64,000 nucleotides of DNA from Varibaculum cambriense (GTDB lineage Bacteria > Actinomycetota > Actinomycetes > Actinomycetales > Actinomycetaceae). Each line of letters starts with the position of its first letter. The first letter of the stretch is position 1. The stretch is from assembly GCF_032557235.1 (NCBI RefSeq), contig NZ_JAWGMB010000001.1, positions 28,930 to 92,929 of the forward strand, read 5' to 3'. The position numbers and the translations under genes were made by a program. Below the pieces are notes generated by a model, which did not search any database, was not told the DNA's origin, and was given only the letters and a program-made list of their open reading frames with translations. Positions 39,187-49,000 of the stretch are shown in pieces.

Positions 39187-39560
39187 ATTGTGCTCGAAAA
39201 ATGATGGAGATTTTATGAAACTGGGCACGGGTACGGGACATTACCCCGACTCGTGAAGTTTTTTGGGGTTTTTCTATTTTATTTACGCTTATAGGGGTGT
39301 TTTGGATGGCGGTTTTGGTTAGACTGTTCGGGTTAAGCCTTGTTTGCGTAAAGTCAGAAACTCTTCAGATACTGTTGCTGTGTAGATAGTGGAAAAGCAG
39401 GGGCATGTCAAGCGAGTTTCGAAGCATATTGGTTCGGCAAATGAGTAAGCTTGCTTTTTACTCCAGGGAGGGCATTATTCTGCCATTTTTACCGCTGTAG
39501 CCACGTGAAATACTTTGGCGCGGGTCTGGCTGGACAGTAAGCTACTCACTAACTAACGCA

Positions 39561-39665
39561 AAGCGGGCATAAGTTTTTCCTCCTGCCCAGAGTTCGCAAG
39601 ATACCGCAGGTATCTTACGAACTCTATGCCCACCGCGCCTACTCGGATAAAACTTATGCCCGCTT
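39561..39665. repeat. Nested long hairpin (17-bp perfect outer stem enclosing a 16-bp inner stem)
   Basis: The outer arms AAGCGGGCATAAGTTTT (39561..39577) and AAAACTTATGCCCGCTT (39649..39665) are exact reverse complements. The inner arms at 39589..39604 and 39610..39625 pair with one C/A mismatch. No ORF is present. Confidence 0.6.
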
Positions 39666-39748
39666 CACACAGATATCCTTTTACCGTTCCAGATCTATTC
39701 AAGTACGTGAGCGGCTTAGAAAGTACCAGACAAAGATAAGCCCCTCCC

Positions 39749-39948
39749 CCGCGCTCCCTTTCGGGTGAAATAAAGCGGCAGAAACGTTAACCAGAGAACG
39801 ATTTTCTGGCAAAACACCAGGGTCGCGGCCGGTAAAAGATACGAGAGGGGCTTGACCTGCGAAGCAGGTCACGGGGTCCCCGGAGTGCTTTTACCGAGCC
39901 AGACCCCACTTTTAGCGCGCGATTTTATAGACCCGAAAGCGAGCGCGG
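39749..39948. repeat. Distal inverted repeat pair flanking ~160 bp of hairpin-rich non-coding DNA
   Basis: CCGCGCTCCCTTTCGGGTG (39749..39767) matches the reverse complement of GACCCGAAAGCGAGCGCGG (39930..39948) at 17 of 19 positions. Internal hairpins include TGACCTGC-GAA-GCAGGTCA (39853..39871). Confidence 0.5.
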
Positions 39949-39958
39949 CTACATAGCA

Positions 39959-39991
39959 CTCGGGGTCGGAAGCAAGGCTTCCGACCCCGAG
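39959..39991 (-). terminator. Stem-loop immediately downstream of the giant adhesin gene (terminator candidate)
   Basis: CTCGGGGTCGGAAGC / GCTTCCGACCCCGAG form 15-bp perfect arms 32 nt beyond the stop at 40023. There is no clear U-tract on the minus-strand transcript. Confidence 0.5.
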
Positions 39992-40022
39992 ATCCTTCTA
40001 GCTATTTAGTTGTATGTTTTTC

Positions 40023-43000
40023 CTAGTCCTCTAGTTCTTCGCGCTGGTAGCGACGGATCAGTACTAATCCAACTCCCGCAACCATTGCTAGAACACCGGT
40101 CATTGCCATGATTCCGGTGGTGGAACCGGTCTTAGCTAAGACCGTGCGCACCACGCTCGGGAACCCACCAGAGGGGGTTCTCGGAGTCGGTCCGGGAGGT
40201 GTTGTGCCCGGAGTGTTCGGAGTCTTGGGGGTTTCCGGAGTTTCCGGAGGCGTGCCCGGTGTCGGGTTCTCCACGCTCAAGGTCTGGGCAGCATCATTAA
40301 TGTCATGGTGCTGCGCTACCTTCTTAGCCCCAGGGCTAGGCTCTCCGTCTTTAATATCCGCAGTCTTGTACAGATCTTCGAATACTACGTATTGCTTATT
40401 AGCCTGAATAGCTTCACCTTTAACCTTGAAGTAGACTTTCGCCTCTCCTGAAGTTTCGCCTTCCTTGACGGAGAAGGATCCGCGTTCAGCTGTAGCTGCC
40501 ACTTGGAGTTTGCCGTCCTTGTCCAGGTAAGTTAGCGGAACGTTGGTGGCTTTATCCATCAGGCTTCCGGTGATGGTGTATTCACCAGGCTCCAGGTTCT
40601 TCCACTTGACTGTATCTACGATCACCGCGTCTTGACCTGGGGTCAATACCGGTTTACCAAGATTCGCATCCTTGGTTCCATCGTTGAAGGTAGTGCCGTT
40701 CTTAGCAACCGTGGCAATCTCCGGGGTCTTTTCTTCCGGTGATGCCGGCGGAGGCGTTACCTGAACCGTCTGGTCGGCATCCTCTAGGTTGGAGTGATCC
40801 ACTACCGGAGTAGCTTTACCCACTACCTTGCCATCTTTAACATCGGAGGCTTTGTAGACCTTTTCAAAGACTACCCAGCTGGCCTTGGTCGAGATCTTGT
40901 CTCCCGGCACTGTGAACAGCGCGTAGATGGTTCCGGTCTTTTCACCTTTCTTGACTTCGAAGTCAACCGCCGGGGTGTTGGACCCTACGACTGGTTTACC
41001 GGTTAGCTTGTCCATCAAGGTACCGATCATCGTGTACTTGCCTGGTTTCAGGTTCTTCCAGGTAGCAACATCTTGCACCTGAGCGTTCTCACCCTTCTTA
41101 AGGTTGAGGACTTTGTCCTGATCGGCGTTGTCGCGAGCAATGGTCCCTAGTTCTGGGAAGTCCTTGCTGTAGGTATTCGTAATGGTTACCTGAATCTCGG
41201 GAACCACTTTGGTATCTACATCGGGCACCGTGAACTGAGCGGTTTGCGTACCAATCTTCGAAACCGTCATTGCCGGATCCGAGGAGCTGAAGCTGATCGT
41301 ATCGGGGAGAATCCCGTCGGGGTTCGCCTCATCGGTCAGCATTTCAGTCAAGGTACATACCGTTCCCACCTGCAGCTGCTTGTCAGCAGGCAGTCCGGCG
41401 GATACACCGGCAGGCATATCGAATTCGAATGCTCCTCCGAAGTTCTTGTCACAGCTGATGGTGAACTTGAACTTACGATCCTTATCCGGAACCTCACCGT
41501 CGAGAACTTTCTCAGTTACCTTGGTGAAAGTAATGGCTGGCGGTCCCTTCGGACTTTCAACCACGCGCACGGTCTGGTTGATAGCGTTCAAATCCAGTTC
41601 GGACACTACCGGCTGAGCGTCTTCATTGGGACGCCCGGTCTTAGAATCCACATCGCTTGCGCGGTAGATCCGTTCAAAGACCACGAACTTTGCTCCTACC
41701 GTTGAGGTAGCAGTTGCCGGTAGCTGGATCTTGGTAGTCACACTGCCGGCCTCTTCACCATTGTTAACAGTGAAGGGAACCGCCTTGGTGGTGGCTCCGG
41801 CAACCGGATTGCCCTTGGCGTCTACCAGTTCGCTGAGCGCCTGGTAGTTACCGGCAGGCAGGTTCTTCCAGTTAACAGTGTCGGTGACTACCGCAGCTTT
41901 ACCTTTTTGGATTTCCTTTTCATTGGCCCCATCGGTGGTGGCAGTGGTGCTTACCGAGGGTGCCTCGGTAACGGTCACGGTTTGCGCATCATCACTGGGG
42001 TCATTGTGGGAAACCACGGTTGAGGTGTTCGGCTTCGGGCTCTTGCCGTCAGTATCTTCATAGTTGTACAGGTATTCGTACACTACGTACTTTCCAGCTT
42101 GACTGATGGCTCCTGCCGGCACATTGAACTTCATGGTGGTGCTACCTGCCAAGGAGTTGTCCTTGGTGATTTCAACTACCACTGGTTCATTGGTAACTCC
42201 CGCTACCGGAGCAGCGTTGTTATCGGTAATGTGCATTAGTTTACCGGTCAGCAGGTATTTACCTTCAGGTAGGTTCTTCCAGGTGACTTTATCGGTCACG
42301 GTGGTAGCAGTTCCTGCCTGCACGGTTGAGGTACCGTTATCGGTTACCGCGTTGGTCTGCAGTTCCGGTTTGCCCATCTTGTTGTAGGTGTTGGTCACGT
42401 TCACCAGCACTTCCGGCACCTGATCGGTGGCCGCCGGTACGGTGAAGTGTGCCGATCCTGCAGTTGAGTCTTGCTGCACGCTGAACCCGTTGGTTCCGCT
42501 GGTCAGCGAGACTGACGGTGTTACCTGCTGCTCGACTGCGTTATTGAGATCCTCGTTAATGGAGCATACGTAGCCACTGCGCAGATTGGTTACCTCGGTT
42601 GCCTTGTCCGGACGTACCAGCAAGGTCTTATCGCCTGCCGGCTGGCCGTCCTTATCACGGCAACTCAAGGTGAAGTAGTAGGCGCGGTTATTGGATACCT
42701 CCATACCCGAGGCCACTACCTTCTTCATAATCTTCACTTTGGCAGCCGGAGGAGTCGGAGGCGTGATGGCCTCTACTGTCTGGTCTGCGTCGGTGATTAC
42801 GGCGTGTTCTGCAACCGGCTTGGCATCCTGGTTCGGGGTTGTGCCGTTTACATCACCTGTGCGGTAAACATATTCGAATACCACGTAGGAGTTGTTGGCT
42901 TTCAGTGAGTCGCCGGTAACCGTGAACTTAATGTCCTGCTTACCGTTCTTTTCACCCTCTTTGACTGTGAACTTAACCGGAGCGGAGGTGTAGGAAGTTA

Positions 43001-46000
43001 CCGCTTTTTCGGTCTCTTTGTCCATCAGCTTACCGATGAGGACATAGTCACCAGGTAGCAGGTTCGCCCAGGATACCTCGTCCACGATGGTGGCGGAGGT
43101 TCCAGCATAAACCTGGTTGGCCTGCTTGGTTTGGCCATACATACCCTTGGTGCCGTTGGCATCTTTAGCGGAGGTCGCCACAGTGGGCTTTTCCGGTGTC
43201 GGGTAGGTGTTGGTCGCAGTAAAGACTACGTTTACTTCGGTCAGCTCTTCTGCCGGCATCTTGAAGGAGGCCGAGTTATCAGAAGTGATCAGACCGATCT
43301 TCTCGGAGTCCGCGCTGAAGGTTACCTGGGAGGGGGCAATGCCCGCTACCTTGGCAGTCTCGCGATTCTCAGTAAGGGTGCAGTTAGCTCCCTTTACGTA
43401 GGGCAGCGAGATCTTGGATCCGGCAGTAACCTTGTAGGTCTGCTGCTTGGATTGTCCGTCAAACGGGCTAGAGCACTTCAGGGTGAAGACAAACTCCTTG
43501 GTGGAGGGAACCTCTAGTCCTTCACTCTTAACAACTTTCTGCAAAGTTAGTGTCGGAGTTACCGGGCTTTGCGGTTCTTCACCAGTGGTTACCGTTTGAG
43601 CGGAGTCGTTGAGATCCGAGTGTTCAACGACTGGTTTCTTTCCGTCCTTAACGTTGCCGTTTTCATCGACATCGCCTTGGCGGTAAATCTTCTCGAAGGC
43701 TACGAACTGGGAGTTCGCTTTCACCTGCTCTGCGGGAACGGTGAACGTCATTTCTTGGATACCCTTTAGCTCGCCGCTGCTAACGGTGAACTTCACGATT
43801 TCCGCATTTACGTTCGGTACCGGCTGTTTGGTTCCCTTGTCCATCAAGGTGCCTACCAGCACGTAGTTTCCGGCAGGGAGTTTCGTCCAAGTTACGCGGT
43901 CAAGCACTTTAGCCGGAGTCTTGGCATCAAATACCTTGGTTCCAGCAGAACTCTGAGCGGTAGTTGCTGCCCGTGGCCCTTCGTTTACCGTCTGATTTTC
44001 ATCATTCGGATCCTCATGCTTGGTGATTACTGTCTGGTCACCGGGAGTGTTGGGTTCGCCCGGATGGAGGTATTCGAAGGCCACCAGTTTCGCGTTCTGA
44101 CGAATCTGTCCCACGGTAACCTGGAAGGTCATCTTGGCTTCACCGGACTGGAGGGTTCCAGCCTCACCAGGAACAGTGAATGCCTTGGAGGTGGAGCTGA
44201 CACCAATCGGGTTACCGGAACCATCAACCAGTTTCCCGGTCAAATGGTAGGTTTTACCAGCTTCTAGGTTCCGGTATTTCACGGTGTCAACCAGGGTTAC
44301 CAGATCGCTATCGGCTTTACCAGTGGTATCGATCTGCTTGTTCCCACCCTCGTCGGTTAGTACCGTCGCAATCCAGGGGTTAACCTGTTTGGTCTGGTTT
44401 TCGTCCTTGGGATCTTCGTGCTTAGTGACCGGTTCGAACCCGCCTTCAACCTGCAGGTCTAGCTTTTCGAACGCTACTAGCGTCGAGTACTTGGCTACCT
44501 CTGCTTGGGTCAGCTTGAAGGGTAGTTCCACTACTCCGCTGGGCGTGGTAATGGTTACTTCCTTTTCGGCTTTGATTCCGGTGCGGGTGGCATCGGTCTT
44601 ATCCGCGTTAGGTACTACCAGTTCTCCGGAGAACTTGTAGGTCTTGCCGACCTCCAGGTTCCAGTAGCTGATCTTATCGGTCATGGTGTAGATGTGATCA
44701 GCGCCCTCAACCAGGTCGATATTTCCATTGCGTCCTTCGCCTTTCAGCTCAGTAGCAATCTTCGGCTCATCGGGGGTCTGGTATTCGTTGGCGGCCTGTA
44801 CGGCGACCGGGGTCTTCGCATCTGAACCGATGGTTACAGTCGCGCTGGTTCCGGAGGCCGGACCTACGCCTTTACCTTTACCGTCAACTGTCCAGCTTAC
44901 GGTCTGGGCATTGGTGCCTTTAGGTAGTACTTGCTGCTCAGTTACGGTACAGACGGTACCTGCCCGGAACTGGGCGTCCGCCACTACCGGCTCACCGCCC
45001 GGCTTCACGTTGGAGATATTACCGTGGGCGCCATCCGAGCACTCATAGGTGAAGTTGAAGCTGGTGGGCAGGTTCTTAATCTTGTCCTTGCCTTCACCGG
45101 CTACCTTGACCGAAGTCTTCTGCACGGAGAAGGTACCCTTTTGTTCGATCGCCTTGTAGGTGTTGGTGGCTTTAACTACCACGTTTGCCTGTTTACCGCT
45201 TTCTTTCCACTGTGCCTCAGTCATCGACTTCGAGATGGTGAAGGTGTTAGCGGACGCGGTAGAGGAATCATTCTGGGTGCCGTTCCAGCTAATCGAGTGC
45301 TTCACTTTGGCGGTGGACAGTTCGTCTACCGGAATGAAGTTACCCTTGCTGTCAATAGCACCGAGCTCTTCAACCTTAACTTGGCTGCCGACCGGCAAAC
45401 CCCAGGCCGAGTAGGATCCACCAGCTGTAATGGTTTTCTCTACTTCGTGGGTGTTGGAGCCGTCCATATAGGTCAGTTTGAACTTGTAAGACTGGATATC
45501 CAGAGCCTGGTCAGCGCTGCCTTGAACTTCTTTCTTCAGGGTGAACCCGCCGAGCTGCTGGCTGTAATTGTTGGTCGCCAAAATCTTAGCTTTAGCTGCG
45601 GCTTTGTTCAGCTTAATGGTGAGTTCTAGTTTCCCGTCGGTTCCGGTTACTTCCGCACCGTTGGTAGCGCTTGCCCGTAGCTCAGAACCTACATAGTCAG
45701 CGTTTGCGCTAGACTTAGGCGTTTCTTCCCATACTTTACATACGGTGTTTACGGGCAGGTCGTTTAGCTGCGGGTTGGCAGGGTCAGCGCTGGTGAAGGT
45801 CTCACCGTGCTTCAGCTTGAAGCTGCCTTTAACCGCGTTAGCATTGCCGGGAATCTCGCAGGAGTATCCGAAGTCGAAGGCTACGTCTTTCAGGACGGTG
45901 CCGGGGTCTACTACTCCGGCGACTAGCTTCTCTACCTCGAAGCCGCCAACTTTTTGGTTAACGTATTTGTTTTCTACGTTGATGGTGGCTTTTTGGTTTT

Positions 46001-49000
46001 CACCGGCTTTAATCGGGTTGGATAGTGCCGCGTTGTGCAGTACTTGTCCCCCGATAGTTACTTGCTGAGGCGCTTTACCGTTAAACGTGGTGTTCAAAGT
46101 GGTGTTGGGTACGTTGATACCGGTGGTATCTTCGTAGACTGCACACTGGGAACCTACTGGAATACCAGTGATGGTTACGCTTCCACCTTTGTTTACGCTA
46201 ATGGAGGTTAGCGGCTTGGTTACGCTTTCGGCCTTCTGTCCGGTAGCACAGATGTATTTCATTTCAAATGTGCCCGGAATGGTACCTGCGCCAGCAGTTC
46301 CGTCTACAACCTGCTTGGAGATTCCCAGTTGCCCGGTCTTCTCGGTGTAGGTGTTGGTGGCAACTAGGGCGAGCTGACTGGCAGCTTCTGCCTTGAAGGT
46401 TGCTACTCCGTCGGCCACGCTTTGGGCACCTTGCCATTGCAGCTGCCGATCCAGGTTCTCCGGAGTCGCACTATTTTCCTTGATCTGGCAGGTTACGCCG
46501 GGCTTTACTTTGATTGCCGCGGAGGTTTCTCCTGCTTTCAAGCTAGGTAGAGCGTTCCAGGAAGAGTCACCGTCACACTTGTAGGAGAAGTCGAAGGAGT
46601 TCGGCACACTGAAGTGGGTTACCCCGGCTGCTTCTACGTTCTTGCGAACGGTGAATTTTGCTTCTTTCGGCGTGTAAGTATTGGTGGCAGTCACCACTAC
46701 GGTCTTAGCGTTGTCCTCGGTTAGGTTGAACTTCGCTACAGTACCGTCACTGCTGGTTTCGGTGCCAGTGAATTTCACTTTTACCGTATTCTGGGTGTCG
46801 GCTACTGCTTTTTCACTTACCTGACAGCTCATGCCGCTGGTTAGTGCCGGGTTGGAGACAGTGGTCTCGCCTTGGCTGGCACCTTTGCGCACCAACACGG
46901 TGGCGGTGGTCTTGAAACCGTCACAGCTTACATCGAAGTCGAATACCCGATCGTCATCGGTGTTGCCACCGACGGTCTTTTTAACGATCTTGAACTCGGC
47001 GGGTACCGGATTCTTCGGGGTTACGGTGATGGTTTGGGAACCATCGGTGATTTCTTCGTGTTTCGCGTAGGGGTCGCCGCTCGGCTCGGTGCGTTGCTCG
47101 CCTTGGTAGATGCGTTCGAATACTACGTATTTACCGTCGGCTTTTACTTTGGAACCGGGTACGGTGAGTTCTACCCGGGTGGAGCCATTTTCGGAACCGT
47201 TGGTAAATACTTGACGTCCGGTAGCAATAATGTCTTTCCGGTTGTCTTTATTTACCAAGGTGGCGAAAGCAGTGTAAGTGCCGGGTTTGAGGTCTTTGTA
47301 AGTGATCTGGTCTTTGACTTTAAAGTCTTGGCCATCGGCCTCAACCGCGCTGATTAGCGATTTCCCGTCATCACGTACCCATGCTTTGGTCTCAATGGTG
47401 GGTAGCTTGTGCTGCTTCGGGTTCACCGAGACGGTCTGTCCCTTGTCGTTGGGATCTTCGTGGGATGCCACGAGGATTCCAGCAGTGTTGTCAGCACCTT
47501 TAAATACTTTTTCGTACACCACATAGGAGGCACCTGCTTCGATTTGTTTAGCAGGCAGGGTGAACGTTAGTTCTTGGACACCTTTTAACTCTCCTGGGTT
47601 TACCGTGAAGTTTTTAGCTGCTTTAGTGCCCTCTACCGGGGTTACCTGGTTTCCTACTTTCTTCATCAGCTGTCCGCTGAGGGTGTAGGTTCCAGGGTTC
47701 AGCTTATTCCAAGTGACCGTGTCCTTGATGAGGACGTCTTTACCTTCTTCAGGTACCGCTACTTTACCGTTATCGGTGGATTCGCCTTGCGCCTGGGCAC
47801 TGGTTCCGATGCGCGGTTTTTCGGTTACGGTCTGGTTTTTGTCCGTCTTATCTTTGTGTTCGGTAACTTTGGTTCCGGTGTCAGGGTTGGTGCCTTGATA
47901 GAGGGTCTCGAATGCTACCAGTTTCGCGTTTTTGCGGATTTTAGCTACTGGTACTTGGAACTTGATGTTGATGGTTCCGGAATAGTAGCCGTTGCCGTTG
48001 TCGCTTGCCCCGGACGCTTTGGGGTCAAAGGGGTCAGAGACGGCGGTTTCGCCTACGCTGTTGCCGTCACCGTCTACCAGTTCACCTTTAATGACGTAGT
48101 TTTGTCCGCCCTTAAGATTCTTAAAGGCTACCTTGTCTATAAGGGTTACGGTGTCGGTATCGGCTTTGCCGGCAGTATCGATTACCTTGGCTCCATCGCT
48201 GCCTTCCAAAGTGGTGCCGATGCTAGGCTCCGGAGCCACCGGGCAGGTAGAGGTGAATTCGAAAGAGCTGGAGGCAGAACCGGAAACGGCTACTACATAT
48301 TTGCCGAGGTTCACCTGGGACTGGAACTGAACGTATTTCCCTGTAGTCTTGGGGTTCTTGAAGATATAAGTCCGAGTGATCTCAATACTGCCTTTGAAGG
48401 ACGCATTGATATTAGCTTTCTGGACAGCTCCGGAACAAGCGGCAGCGTTATCAAATTTAACGCCCACTAAAATTCCGCCCGGCGAAGCAGCTTTCGCAAT
48501 TGAAGTATCGGAGGGCAGGACTAAGTTATCCGAGCCGCTGATCTGCAAGCTACCTTTAGCCTCTTGCAACAGAGCAATGGCCTCCGAACTACCAATCAGG
48601 TTCACCCGGAAGTGAGTGTCATCGGCGCGGGTAACGCTGAGCTTGATCGATTCCAGTAGCTGCTTATTATTTTGATAGGCTGCTTCATCCTTAGCCATGC
48701 TGGCCGCAGTTTCGGCTTTCCATTTGGCCAATGCCTCTTTATAAGCCTTTTCATCAGCGATCTGCTGATCTTTAAGTGCCTGATACGCCTGCCACATCTT
48801 GATTTCGGCATTGGCGATGTTCCGAATATGCGGCAATACTGCCCGCGCCACATTGGTAACAGTCCAATCGATGGTTCCCTTTCGATAGACAAAAATTCCG
48901 TCTGCGGCAGAATTCTTCTCAATGGCCCAAACTAGAGCCTGGGCGGCGCCATTTTTCTGGTACGGATCTAACTGATTGAACAGATCCAAGGCAGCTTTAT

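Noticed and set aside
39488-39903. I considered whether the repeated CTTTTACCG motif and hairpins are a CRISPR array or a type III toxin-antitoxin RNA repeat.
   Set aside because: There are only 3-4 short copies, with irregular spacing (about 190, 150 and 60 nt) and mixed orientation. There is no constant repeat-spacer periodicity, no cas genes and no adjacent toxin ORF.
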